Assembly (NCBI RefSeq): GCF_009914755.1
Contig: NC_060927.1
Source of the DNA: the human T2T-CHM13v2.0 reference genome, Homo sapiens
DNA length: 64,000 nucleotides
Strand: one strand, 5' to 3'
Part shown: positions 12,747 through 26,954 of the stretch, piece by piece
How the letters are laid out: the number at the start of each line of letters is the position of its first letter
Position numbering within the stretch: the first letter of the stretch is position 1
The notes under the pieces: generated by a model
Database searches by the model: none
The model's input: only the letters and a program-made list of their open reading frames with translations
Told to the model about the DNA's origin: nothing
Translations under genes and position numbers: made by a program

Positions 12747-13090
12747 TGTCACAGGTCAGGTTCCCCAGAAAGTGCACTCTGAAGTAAAAGCTCATATATG
12801 GTAAGTTTATTAAGAAATGCTCTTCAGATCAATACTCTTGGAATAAAAAGGAAGGAATCAGGATTATGAAGAAAAGCTTTGGCTGTGATGCAATCTCAAC
12901 ACAATTTTTACCCAATCCCACAGATAAAAATAGCTGGGATTGCTGTTTAGAGTGGGTGAAGAGCAAGCCTTTATACTCCACACTGACAAGTTGTTAATTG
13001 TGGCTACCTCTAAGAAGAAGAGTCCTCCTTAAAGAGGCAACTCTATCTAGCCCATGGCAATTTGAAGTGTGGGTGGGAACCGAGAAGCTA
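12747..13090. mobile_element. Old ERVL LTR (LTR16/LTR33-like)
   Basis: ggtcaggttccccagaaagtgcactctga...agtttattaagaaatgctcttcagatcaa...ggaaggaatcaggatt...gctgtgatgcaatc. Confidence 0.6.
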
Positions 13091-15454
13091 AATAAATCAA
13101 TTTTTTGCTTTTCCTCAGTACAGATATTTCCCCTTTTGAAGCCACCTAGAGCATTGCGTGTACCACTTACTTTTGCATGATGCTTTATATTTCACAAACA
13201 TTATCTCACATGCCTCCCATGATCTTTCATGAAGCAGATAAAGCACATATTATTTAGAGAATAAGAAACAAAACTTTTCAGACTTTTCCCAATGATTGGG
13301 AAAAGTAGCCTTTAACAAATAAAAATCTCTGCCGGACTTAGCTTTCTTTTAAACAAAATAGGGGTGTAAAATAACTTACCTGCCTACTATTTAATCCCAG
13401 CACTAGGATCTATGAATGTGTACCTTGCACAGATTTATGTGTTTGCTAAGTGGAGGAGACAGCCACAGCATCTGTATCCTGTGGACTACTGTTCCAGGGC
13501 TCTATACACTGCCCCACACTACCCTGATAGCACTGAGGTCAATGATGGGTCTATTGCCTGAGACTGTAGAAAAGACAAGCACAAAAGCATGTGAAAGAAC
13601 AAGGATACAATCTGAGGGAATGTTTCCAGAGTACAGGTGTCTTTGGAGTGTTTGAAATTACTTGAATAACAGTGAGTAATATTTCCATGTTACATTTGCC
13701 TTGAGATTTTTTTTCCACTCCAAACTGAGCGATCTGTGCTCCTAAAGTGGAATCATGTGGAGCCGACTTGACAGAATTCTCTGCAAAACTCATGCCTGGG
13801 TTTTTTATTGCCAATTGTTGGCACAAGCCTTCTACAGTGGTAGACATGCTATTCTCTAAATTTAGCTTACTCTATTAGTGAAAAACAAAAGCCATGACAT
13901 TTAACTCAAATGTTGTTTATTCTCAGGTTATATTTCTGTCTTCTGGACATTCCAGTTACACTCTTTCCAACAGAGAGGATTTGTAGAACCACTCTATACT
14001 CATGGGTAGCATCCATTTTCCCTATCCATGGGGTAATGTTTAGCCTACCCATTTTCTCACAATTTCAGCCAGCATTTAGTTTCCAAGCAGATTACCTGAG
14101 AATGAGGAGCTGGAGCTGACTCAAGTCAGCTCTCATCAGCATTCAATAATACAGGTACAAGATGGGTGAGAAAAAAGGCAAGACACATGGAAAAGGGTTC
14201 TGATGAAAGATGATCAGTGAAGCAGAAGATAAGGACATTGTTGGGTTGTTTGGCCCCAGTTTCCCACACCTTCCAAGCTATTTATTATGACAACGTGAGG
14301 CTTCCTGAACTACTGAAATCTGCCATTTCTAGTACTATAGTTCTGATATTTTGGAAAATCTGGCTGTGTTGTATGTGAATTATGATTTTAGATAGAAGAA
14401 AGATATATATGTCTTAGGACTATGCATTTTAAGGAGAGAATACTCCTAGCCCCCTGACATGAAAGAAGTGGCGTAAGCAGGGAGAGGAAGTAGTTTCTCT
14501 TACCACTCTGCCTTTGTCCTTGACGACTCTTCTGGGAAGCGCCAGCTGTGAACTACCTTCTTACATTGTCTGAACTTTTTTCTGACATGCCCTGTTGCAT
14601 TTTCATTTCTTATCTCAAACACTTCCCTCATAAAATCTTCAGTTTTGCCACTGGAATCTCTTCAAGAAAATTTTTTAAAGCACAGCATTGATTTAAATTA
14701 CATTCTTTAATGCATTATTTTTTGTTTATTTGTAATTATAAATTTTATTGAATGGTATATTTTCTGTCATTGGAAGAAGCCAAAATGTTCTGGTCACAAT
14801 TCAGGTTGACAATAAATACTGAATTTCACTGTTGTCCTTTCCTAATCTGCTATAATAAAATCAACAGAAATGAAGCCATCAGAGAAAGATTAAAGGCCCT
14901 CAGCTGAAAGTTTTCTCAGGTTTTGTGAATATGGGGAGCCATAAAAGCTTATCAGTCAAACTATAGCGTTTGGGAATGGGATGAAATATTTGAAGTGAAA
15001 TTATATGGACAAACTACACAGTGGTTCTATTGTAACCACAGTGGACATGAGCTCATAATAATAACTTCAGCTATAAGGCCCAGGTCCATTCTTTAGAATG
15101 GGAAAAGCACTTTAGAGCTTCTCTGGAATATTCTTGACAGTGTGGTATACATAAAACCAACTAAAACTAAACATAATTGTTCTGTTTAAAACCAAAAATG
15201 TGAATTCTAAACTTTCTAAAAGGTCACCTTTTCTCAAATCTATCTTCATCCTCTTTCTGTCTTTGGGATTATTGCAATCAACATTTAGTTATCATGTCTG
15301 TCCTGTTTTAAGCAAACTGACAGGCAGACAAACAAAACCAGGAAAAGAAACCAATGGCTATTCAAATAGCAAGATCCTTTTTATCTTAATTTTCCTTCTA
15401 GCTACTTACCCATCTCTCCTCTGGTCAGAATGAAGTTTCTGAAAACAGTGTTGT

Positions 15455-15570
15455 TTCATGTAAGATGTTAACAATAGGAGAACTGGATGTGGGTGTAGGA
15501 GAACTCTCTGTACTATCTTTGCAATTTTACTAAATCTGAAACTATATTCTAAAACAAAAAGTTTAAGCAA
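15455..15570 (+). mobile_element. L1M 3'-terminal fragment
   Basis: agatgttaacaataggagaactgg...gaactctctgtactatctttgcaa...aaatctgaaactatattctaaaac. Confidence 0.7.
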
Positions 15571-15619
15571 AAACAATGTTCTCTTTTCACTGTCTCCATT
15601 TTCATTAATTGCCATTCGC

Positions 15620-17385
15620 TACTCCAACTACTCTAGTCTGATTCTCTCAGCATTGGATTAAAATGAACCTCTATAAAGTTAGCATTAACCTCCATGTTGA
15701 TAAATCCAGTGATCACTGTTAGTCTTTATCTCTTTTGACTTCTCAGCCATATTGAACACCACTGATCAGTTTCTCCTTTTGAAACATATTATCAACAGAA
15801 GAGACTACACTCATTTTCTAAAAGGAAAAGCTGTATGAGTTGTGTGCTAAGTAAGAGAGAACTATTCTTGAGATGCACAGTCTTTCTTGACAATCAGCAG
15901 AGTTTGGGAAGATGTGAAATGCAGAGACCGATAGATTTTCAAAAGTAGGAGTATTAGGAATGGGTTAAACGTTAGCTTTGGACAATAGGTTATTGCAATA
16001 AGGCTGTTACTGACATGCAGACTTTTAAGTGGCTATTGAAATCAATTATAGGCATGCAAGTTATCAGTGACCAGTTGAGATGGATTTAAAATCAGTTCTG
16101 GAGATAATTGTTCATATCTTGCACTGTGGCTGAAGAATAATCAATATTTCCTTTGAAGTACTGGAGTAAACCAATATTTTACTTTTTCTCTTAGCCTCTG
16201 TTCTACCTCTTATGTCTTTAATTTCCTCCTTTCAAGTTTTATTTGCCAGACCATATTCTCCTTTTAAATGTTAGAAATGTAAATGTTAAAATGCCTTCCA
16301 TTCCATATACTTTAAGTAGGTGATTTCATCTGACCCTTAAATTTCCTCTCTTATCAATTCCTCGATGATTCATCTGAGCTTTCTTGCTGATGTCTCCTGA
16401 AAATAGATGTCCAGCCCGAGTTTTACAAGCCTACTCCATATTTGTATATCTACCCACCTAATAAATATATTCACTTGAATGTCTAATGCACATTTTAAAC
16501 TTAACATGACCAAAATCGATTTTTTTCCTAAAATTCCACTCCATCCATAGCCTTGCTCAACTCAGTTAATAGCAATTCAATATTTTCAATTGGGGTAATT
16601 CTTGACTCCCCACCTCTCAAACCACATTGTCCAGTCTCTCAAATCCAATTGCTTGTAACTTCAGAATAAATCTATAACATGATCGTATCTCGCCAACTCC
16701 ATGGCTACTGTCTTAGTCTTAAGCACCATAATTGCTGAAAATTATTGCAATAGCTTCCTAATTGGTTTTTCTGCTTCTACCGAAGTTATTTAAGCAGCTG
16801 TGCCAGTTTTTCTGAGACCTACCAGGTTTTATCACTGAAAGTCATGTGTCTCAGAAAACCCCTCATTCTCAAGAAAACTGGGACATCTGCTATGTACTCT
16901 CAAGACAACATGTAGAGTTGTTGTTTAAAAATATATCAAACCATATCACTCTTCTAATCCAATCCTTCATTGATTCCCTACTTCACTCAGGGTAAAAACT
17001 AACATCCTTACAATGGCCTTCAAGACCATATTCAATGTAGTCACTATTTCCTCTGCTTGTCTGACTTCTATAACCCTCCTTCTCAGTTTCTAGCCACGGT
17101 GACTTATACTGTTTGAGCCCAGGTGCCCTTCTCCTTTGGGGTCTTTGCACTGGTTCTTCCCTCTGGGACTCTCACCCTCTAGATATATACATGGCTCACA
17201 CCTCATTTATTTCAGAGCTTTTCTCATACTTCAACTTCTCAATTATCCTCATTCTGGCCATCTTAAATAGTATTACAATGTCCACTCTCAGAACTCTGAA
17301 TCCTCAGTGTATTCCCAATATTCAGAACAGTTCCTAGCTCAATAAATATTGAGTACCTAATATTTGTTAAATAAACAAATGAATG
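15620..17385 (+). mobile_element. L2 LINE fragments (discontinuous)
   Basis: L2-like text (ttgacttctcagcc...; tattgcaatagcttcctaattgg; ccttacaatggccttcaagacc) ending in ctcaataaatattg...gttaaataaacaaatgaatg. Confidence 0.65.
16790..16895. mobile_element. MER94-like hAT-Blackjack MITE inside L2
   Basis: ggttttatcactgaaagtc...gaaaacccctcattctc...aaactgggac, with degenerate inverted ends. Confidence 0.6.
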
Positions 17386-17460
17386 GCTTCATTTCCCATC
17401 CACATATATGGTGTGTTTTCTCTCTCTCCCTCCGAATATATCTCCCTTTTGTTTTATTTT

Positions 17461-17699
17461 CCTCATGATTGAGATTGGTGCCCTTATAAACAAGACTGCA
17501 GAGAGCTAGTCCCCTTTACTGTTTGAGGACATCTGGCTAGATGGTGACATCTATGAGAAAGGGGGACCTCACCAGCCACTGAATCTCCCAGCGACTTCCT
17601 ATTGGACATCCCAGCCTCCAGAACTGTGAGAAATAAAATGCTATTATGAGTTACCCAGCCTATAGTATTTTGTTATAGCATTCCAAATGGGCTAAGATA
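17461..17699 (+). mobile_element. MLT1A-like MaLR LTR, 3' half
   Basis: gcccttataaa...ccagcctccagaactgtgagaaataaa...gtattttgttatagca...gctaagata. Confidence 0.8.
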
Positions 17700-17926
17700 T
17701 ATATGTGTGTGTGTGTGTGTGCGTGTGTGTGTGTGTATGTATTCCAAATGGACTAAGATATGTAAAAGTGTGTGTGCATATGTGTATGTGTATTCCATGT
17801 GTAGATGGTAAATGAAGCTGTTCATATGTTTACTATATATACAGTCATGAGTTACCCAGTCTACAGTATTTTGTTATAGCAATTCAAATGGACTAAGATA
17901 TGTGTGTATATAAAAGCATGTGTACA

Positions 17927-17959
<33 letters not shown>

Positions 17960-18014
17960 ACCCCACGTGTAGATGGTAAATAAAGCTCTTCTTATGTTTA
18001 TTATATATACAGTC
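17646..18014. repeat. Tandem duplication (201 bp + 168 bp) with TG microsatellites
   Basis: Both units start atgagttacccag and end tatatatacagtc. Confidence 0.85.
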
Positions 18015-18345
18015 GTGCATCACTTAACAACAAGTGTATGTTGAGAATGTATTTTTAGGCTATTTCACTGTTCCACAAACTTCATAGGGTGCACTTAACA
18101 CAAACCTTGACTACATAGCCTACTATACACCTAGGATAAATGGCATAGCCTATTGCTCCTAGGCTACAAACCTGTACAGTACACCATGTTACTGTACTGT
18201 AGGTAATTGTAACAAGATGGTGTTTGTGTATCTAAACATATCTAAACATAGAAAAGGTTAAAATATGGTATTATAATTTTATGAAACTGCCATTATATAT
18301 GAAGTTTATTCTTGATCAAAACATTGTTATGCAGTGCATGTATTA
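18010..18345. mobile_element. Tigger3a/MER7A (TcMar-Tigger) MITE
   Basis: ta-cagtcgtgcatcacttaac...gcctattgctcctaggctacaaacctgtacag...tatctaaacatagaaaagg...gttatgcagtgcatg. Confidence 0.85.
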
Positions 18346-18479
18346 TATGTATGTATAAGGTATATATGGTATATAATGTATATGTATATATGGTATATTT
18401 TATATATGTTTATACATACACCGAGAGAAGATATATACATGTGTGGGGGTATATGTAAATACCTCCTCCTATGCAGACA

Positions 18480-19915
18480 TCTCTTAACAGTTCACATATC
18501 TAAGTATTTCTGCCTTCTTAACTCTACCACCAGGGCATCCTATTGGCATTTCAGACTCGATTTATTCAAAATTTAGTTCATTGTCTTTCTAAGAAAGCCA
18601 CACTTTCTCCAGAATGACTATATTTTATGTCTAATTACACAAGGTAGGAATTTGAATTCCACATATTATACCCCCTTCTCCATGATTTTCTTTATCTGCA
18701 ATCCTACCACTTCTGAATATATGGAATCTCTTTACTTCCCTCCACCTATGTTATTATCCATGACCACAGTATTATTTCTCAGCAGGAGGCTGTTCCTAAC
18801 TGACTTTCACATTTTCTCTCTCTCCTCTCTTAAATCCATTTTTCACCCTGAGGTAAGCTGGAACACAAAAATATAATTGTCACCTCGTGGATACACACAT
18901 GCCACCGTTATAATGCTAAACCCTTTTAATAGCTTCATTGTTCTAAAAATAACTGCTAAATCTATATGACCTCCAAGGCTAGACCCTGATTCTAGATCCC
19001 TGCCTACTTCACCAACTTCATCTAGTTTAACCTCCACCTAGCTTTCCTGATGTTAGTGTGGTAGAACTTTCCTCCTTAGTTCAGCTAAAACCCAGGTTTT
19101 TGTCACATGGCCAGGAAAATTTAGGCACCAGACACATTAAAGGGTGAGTAGAGCAGGACTTTATTGGGAGAAAAGGAAAAAAAGCATAAAAACTCAGCAA
19201 AGTGAGATGGAGTCTGGCTAACAGGCCCTCCATCTCGGGGATTGATTCCCAGCTCCCCACAGGAGCTGAAGAGGGCAGGCGCCTTCCCTGCATACGGGGT
19301 AAATTCCTCGTGGCTCCACCCACTTCCCCCAGTGCGCAAGTCTGGCTTCAGTCCGTTGTAGGCATTCCCAGACAAGTTCTGAGCAGGTTCCCTCATCTAC
19401 ACAAAAGCATCTGATGTTAAACCTTGTGGGGCAGGTGGGAAATTCTCCAGGGACTCCTTTTTTATCTGCCTAGGCATTTGGTGGTCTTGCTAACTGAGCA
19501 AACCAACTTGAGTTCCTTAAAAACTTATACCCTTTCGGGCCTTGAGGCTTTCAAACATACTTTGCTTCTGTCTGAAATGCTCTTCCTTTCCTCCTTTTTA
19601 AAATTAATACCGCTTCAGAGCTCATCTCAAACATTGTTTCCTGTAGAAAGCCTTTTATGACTTTCCCAACCTTGCAGTGTCACTGTGTAGGCTGTTAAGC
19701 CATACACTTCTGCTCTTTATAGTCCTTTTTAAAAAGTAATTTAGATAATTATGTAATTGCTTTTTAAATGTCTATCTCTTCCACTAAAATATCACTTTCA
19801 TGAGGGAACAGACTGTATATTTTTCACTGCTGTTTTCTAAGCATTTCTTTGTACGTTTGAAGCATTCAGTAATATTTTGGATGGATGGATGGATGGATGG
19901 ATGGATGGATGGATA
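18480..19915 (+). mobile_element. L2 fragment split by the MER61 LTR; tail expanded to (GGAT)n at about 19878-19913
   Basis: L2-like text either side of the LTR; 3' end gcattcagtaatattttggatggatg... Confidence 0.65.
19057..19489 (-). mobile_element. MER61-family ERV1 solo LTR
   Basis: Antisense MER61-like text (ttcctccttagttcagctaaaac...ggctccacccacttcccccagtgcgca...aaattctccagggactcc) with the family's p53-type motif at 19360-19379. Confidence 0.7.
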
Positions 19916-20649
19916 AGTGAGTGAAGAGTAACTCACTAGTTGATATCTGCCGGATTCTGTCCTCCATCTCTCTTTCTAAACTTCTAGAAAGTTCATGATA
20001 GCTATATTTTGAGCACTGCATCTGTGGGAGTCTTTTTCCCAATAGTGAAGAATTACCTTCTTTCCCTTCGCAGGTATAGCTGTAAGTTAATCAGTAATTT
20101 TCAAATGCTCGTAATTTTGTAAAATAATGAACTTTGCATCCTTTCAGCTGTTAGTGTGATATGCTGATATGAAATATGAAGCCTGGATATTGAGGAGCTA
20201 AAAGCCTGAGAGAGCCCCTTCCCTGAGAAGCTTTAGGTGAAAAAAAATGTCAGAGGGTGAAATTAGGGTTGCTATGGAGTGTTTCTTCATGGAAGATTCC
20301 AAGAGTTGATTGAGGTAGTTATCAGAATTACAGCTCTAGATACAAGCAAATACATATTAGCAAGGTGGATTACACAAGAGAAAATGTCTGCTCACGGAGG
20401 AAACATTCAGCAAACTTATTCTCTTGGACAGAGTTTTACAGACTATCTTGTGAAAACTTCATCCCCTATGTACTTACCTTGCCAGCCACATTAAGAGAAG
20501 TGCCTTATTCCTGGTAATTCACCCCTCGACCATTTGCATGCTTACAAATTTCCAAGTCTGATTGTGGAATATGAAATTTCCAGAAGACTGGAAATACAGG
20601 TATTAGTAAATAAACTGCTATACTTGTTTCAGAAATACAGTATTAGTAG

Positions 20650-21045
20650 TGTGTCAGGATTAAGGTTAGTTCTACTAACAGAAAAGCAAAATAACAATAG
20701 CTTAAACAATAAAACAATTTAAAAATGTAACAATGTGGGCATAAGTGGCTCAGAGCTAGTTCAGATCTTTCACAGTATTGGGAACCAGACCTAGCTTCTG
20801 CCTCTTCCATCTCCAGGGTACTGCCATAATCCAGTGCTACCTAAAATCCATATTATACCCTGTGAAAAAAGCACAATGGGAAGGCAAGGACATGTTCTAG
20901 AAAGTACACACATGGCTTCTGCTCACATCTCAACGGCCAGAATTTAGAGATGTCCACAGCTTGCTCTGAGGCAGGTTGAGGATAAATGTATTCATTATCA
21001 TGACTTATCATGTACCTGCTTAAAACTGAAGATACCAATGTTATG
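20650..21045 (-). mobile_element. Old MLT1 (MLT1K/L-like) MaLR LTR
   Basis: aaataacaatagcttaaacaat...cttctgctcacatctc...ggccagaattt. Confidence 0.55.
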
Positions 21046-24000
21046 AGAGGCAAAGAAGAGCATATTTTATGGGAAAACTAACGATATTTACTATAGTAAG
21101 TAAATCTAATCTTCTTTAATTTCTATTCTAACTTTCTATTTCTAACTTCTCACTCAACATTTTTTCTAGAGTTGATTTCCAGGAAAGATATTTTTTGGGA
21201 TACTTTCAGCCTCTGGTTAAATAAGTCAATGATAATCAAAAATATTGGCAACTAATGTCACCATGAGACTCAGGGAAATTCATACACGGAAAAACAAGTA
21301 GCTAGAAATGTGTAACATAAGTTAACTGAGTTACTGTGTTTTTCTTGAAGCAAACAAAGATTTGAGAATGTAGACTATGTGTGCTGGGGGCTCCATGTCC
21401 TTTTCGATTTCTTTATGCATTCTTGAGTAGAAAAAAAGCAGAGTGCTTGTGTTTTTTTTCTAGTTAATTCTGGCTCTGATCTGTGACATCCTCTGAATTT
21501 AGGAAGAAGCCATCTTTTATCCCACTTATGGCACCTCAGGTTCACATTGCTGGTCCAGATGCAAAACACAGTCAATCTTTGATTTATCCCCAAACATAAC
21601 TCACATAAAGCATTATTATATAAAATAGAATTTACTGAAGATTTTTTTGTAATGCTGAATGTGTGCTTTTCATGTTAAACATTTATGTTGAAGACACATT
21701 GTTTATTAGTAGTTGGGTGTTTTTTAGAGTCTCTGAAATTTCTGTGGACATAGTCTCTAGCCTCTGCTCTACCTTTCCCTCTCTTCTCTGCTCTCCATCC
21801 CTTTCCAAGTTTCTATTTCTTATCTAGAACAATTTAGCTTTCTTCTCTTTCTTATTTTCCTCTCATCTCTGTTTATACAGAAATATTCCTTTAATTATGG
21901 ATGATTCTTAGCTATTTTTTGATACCAGGTATTAAATATTGGTATGTTTTTGTATTATTTTGTTTTGTCTTGCTGTATGTGTCTAACAATATGCATTTTC
22001 CTAGATCAGAACCATTCAGTATAAATATAATGTGAGTCATATGTTTACTTTTGCATTTTCTAATAGTCACATTAATGAATTAAAAAAACTCAGGTATAAC
22101 AAACATTAATTGTATATTTTATTTAACCAAGTAAGTTTAAAATATTATCTCAAGATGCAACCAATATAAAAATTATTGAGATATTTAATCTTTTTCATTG
22201 TACTAAGTCTTTATAATCTGGTGTGTATTTTATACCTCCAGCCCATCTGAATTCAGATGCTAAATTTTCATTGGATATGCTTGATCTCTCTTTAGATTTC
22301 ATAAAATTTGTAGTGGAATTATTAGACTTACATACTCAAGTCATTCCAAACATAAATAAAAGTTTTTCAATAATTGAACTGAATATCAGAAATAATTTTC
22401 CTTTAATACTCATATCTATGATGACAAAACATGTTAATATTTTATAAGAAAATGGGTTTACTTTGAAGCAAAAGCATATCAGTTTTAAAACTTTATCTGT
22501 CCAAATTAGGTAAATTCACTAATGTGTCAACTTGGAATTACTAATATTAAACTCAAAGGAAAGCTGCATAAACTGAAGGGCAATTCCAAATTTGACAATA
22601 TGAACAAAACATTTTAGAAGTTTTCCTTGTAGTTTTGCAGCTAGTTTACACAGCACAATCAATTCTGCAAATTGATTCACATTAGAAAAATTTGTAACAT
22701 CAATATTATTGTATTTTTAAAAGTTTTCATTTCAAAATAAATGTTAGTACCTCTCTACTCTGCTCACAAATAAGGTCTTTATTTGAAACTTTAAATTTAG
22801 CTTGTTCATATGCAATACAAAAAAGTCCTACATTATATTGCCATTTTTATTTGCTTACTGAATATTTGGTAAGTACATTTTTATTTCAAGAAAATTTAGA
22901 ATTGGAGTTACAGTATATTATGTATTTCTAAAACTTCTGGCTCAACCAGTGAGCACTGGCAAAGAACTTAAGGTCATTAGATATGTTGTCTTTTATTTCT
23001 TTCAATAGTTCCAAAAACTGGTTATGATTCACGTATTTATGACACATTTTATAGCTTACTTCAAAAACTAGACCATAAAGACTTTCAGCATGTATCATAC
23101 AGTGGAACAAAGCAATAAGGGAGCTATCAATCTCTATTTTTAAAATTTAGTAAGTCTGGGTTTTTGACCTAATGTAGAGCACTGTTTACTGATATTTTAA
23201 AATACATATATGTAGCTGAAATCATTCTTTAAAGATGTAAAATATTCAAAAGTATGTATGCCCCGAGGTTGATATTTTAGGCTGCAAGTTGACAACATTG
23301 ACTTATAAATTTGAAAGTCCATTGAAACAAAATATGCCCAACTATTTAATTGGGCATTATGTTTTATATTGTAATTTTTTTTGTAAAGCCAAAAGATTAT
23401 TTACAATATTTAAAATGTATAATTAACTGATCTTTGATATTGTTAGAAAGGTGTACAATGGGAATTGTTTTGTACCTTAACTTTCAAATTTAACTTAACT
23501 TTTAAAATCTTTTTCTTCTTGACTTGCTAACTTAATTTTCATAATTGAAATAATTTATTTGCCATCTCTTTATCTAAAACTGACTTTTTGCGCATGCACA
23601 GGAATCTAAGCTGTTTTATAGCTCGTGGATATTATAATCTCAGATCTTGTTAAAAATCATTTATAAATTTTTGACATTTAACTTTTATTTTAGGTGATTA
23701 ATTCATTCAATTCTTTTTTGGCTGTTTAGATATGATTTGCTATCAAGTTTACTATGTTCACTTGATATTGCTCTCTTTATTATTTCCAAGATTGTTTTTG
23801 TAAATCGAGCAACTTCTCCATTTTGCTCTGCTGCAGCAATTTATTTATTTTTTCCGAAGAGGAATCAGACTATGTTAAGAAATAAATCATATAAGACCAA
23901 TCAAGCCTCCTGAGATTGTGGGGCAGACCATGAAAGGAAAAAGACTGATAAAATTAATAGCGTTAAATGCTCATGATGTGCCATTACGTGGACTTTAACG

Positions 24001-25000
24001 ATATTTTGATGACATTACACTTCACATAACATCCTTCCTAAAAGACAAAATTATTAATTAGATAATAGCTTTAAATTTTAAAACTAGATAAACTAACCCC
24101 TTCCCCCAGTAGGTTTTGTTATTTTAGAATTGTGCAGGGCTTTAGTATTTTTTCATCTTATTTTTTTAATTGACAGATAAAAATTGTGTATATTTGGTGT
24201 AAATAAGATGTTTTGAAATACATATACATTCTGGAATGGCTAGATCAACTTAATTAACATATGCAGTACCTCACAAACATCATTTATTTGAGGCAAATAA
24301 AATCCATTCTGTTAGAATTTTCAAGTGTAAGCACATTGCTGTTAACTTTAATCACTGTGTTGCACAATAGATATCCTAGATTCATCCATGTTATCATAAA
24401 TGACAGAATTTTCTTCTTTTTAAGGCTGAATAATAGTGCATATGCGTATATATGTATGTATAAATAAAACGTTTTCACTATCCGTTCATCCATTGATAGA
24501 CACTTAGGTTGATTCTAGAATATGCCACAATGGACAATGGAGTACAGCTGTCTCTACAGATGGATTTTCTTTCTTTGGCTATATACCAAGAAATGAAATG
24601 TCTAGATCATGTGGTAATTCTGTTTTTTAATTTTTTTACAACTCTTCCTAACAGTTTTCCATAATAGCTGTACTAATTTACATTTCCACAAACAATGTAC
24701 AAGAATTCCCTTTCCTCTACATCCTAATACTTGTTATCTTTTGTTTTTCTGATAACAGCCATTCTGAAAGGTGTGAGGTAATGTCTCATTGTAGTTTTGA
24801 TTTGAATTCCCTGACGATTAGTGGTTTAAACATTTTTCATATACCATTGGCCATTTGTATGTCTTGAGAAACATCTATTAAGATCCTTTGCCAGTATTTT
24901 AATTAGATTATTTTCCTTGCTATTGAATTCTTTAAGATCTTTATTTTTTTTGTGTATACATAGATACATATATTATTAACGTTGATTATTTATCTGTAAA

Positions 25001-25590
25001 TTTATTTTTATAATTTCAACTTTTATTATAGGTTAAAGACTACACCTGCAGGTTTGTTGCATGAGTAAATTCCTGATTCTGAGGCTTGGAGTTACAATGA
25101 TCCCATTACTCAGGCAGTGAGAATATTACCCAACACGTAGATCTTCAAGGTATGCACCCCTCCCTCGTTCCCTTGTCTAGTGGTCCCCGGGGTCTATTGT
25201 TCCCATTTTTATGTTCATGTGTATTCAATATATAGCTCCCACTTACAGGTGAGAACATGCAGTATTTGGTTTCCTGTTTTTACGTTAGTTCACTTAAAAT
25301 AATGCCTTCCAGCTCCAACCATGTTGCTGGAAAGGATATGGCTTTGTTTTTATTTATGGCTGTATAGTATTCCCTGGTGTATATGTACCACGTTTTCTTT
25401 ACCCAATCCACTGCTGATGGGCACCTAGGTGGATTCCAGGTCCTTGATATTGTGAATAGCACTGCAATAAACCTACAGATGCGTGTGTGTTTTTGATTGA
25501 ATGAACAATTTTCCTTTGAGTATATACCCAGTAGTGGGGTTGCTGGATTGAGTCGTAGCTATATTTTAAGATCTTTGAGAACTCTTCACA
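25001..25590 (-). mobile_element. L1PA15/16-like 3' fragment nested in the L1MA
   Basis: atttcaacttttattataggtt...ctgaggcttggagttacaatgatccc; ORF2 C-terminal remnant 25280-25462 (TWNPPRCPS...WYIYTREYY). Confidence 0.8.
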
Positions 25591-25815
25591 TTTTGCATAT
25601 TAACTCTATTATATATGTGGTTTGCAAATATTTTTTTCATACAGTAGATTGTCTCTTCACTCCGTTGATTTTTTAAATTGCATAGTACCTTTGTTTTAAT
25701 GTAATCTTATGTGTCCATTTTTCTTCACTTTGTTTTATTTTAGTAGTTATACAGTTTCAGGTCTTATGCTTTAAATCTTTTATCCAATTTGAGTTTATTT
25801 TTATACATGGTGTGA

Positions 25816-26112
<297 letters not shown>

Positions 26113-26515
26113 CAATTTTATTCTACATATACATATACATATCCAGTTCTGCCAACACCACTTGTTGAAGAGACTCCCCTTTCTGCATTGTGTAATTTTG
26201 GCATCTTTGTCAAAAATCAATTGATGGTAAATGGATGAATTTATTTCTAGGCTCTATATTCTGTTCCATTGGTGTAGATATCTGTTTTTAGGCCAATACA
26301 ATGCTGTTCCAAAGACTATAGCTTTGTAGTAGATTTTAAAGTCAGGTAGTATGATGCCTCTAGCTTTGTTCTTTTTGTTAAAGATTGCTTTGGCTATTAG
26401 TGTCTTGTGGTTCCATGTGAATTTTAGGATTTTCTTCCTATTTCTTTGAAAAATGCTACTGGAATTTTGAGAGAGAATCAATCTATAGATCTCATTACAT
26501 AGTGAAATATTTTAA

Positions 26516-26954
<439 letters not shown>

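Noticed and set aside
22928-23110. Possible ZBED/GTF2IRD2-like gene exon
   Set aside because: Lies within a TIR/TSD-bounded Charlie element with a fragmented ORF; neutral fossil.
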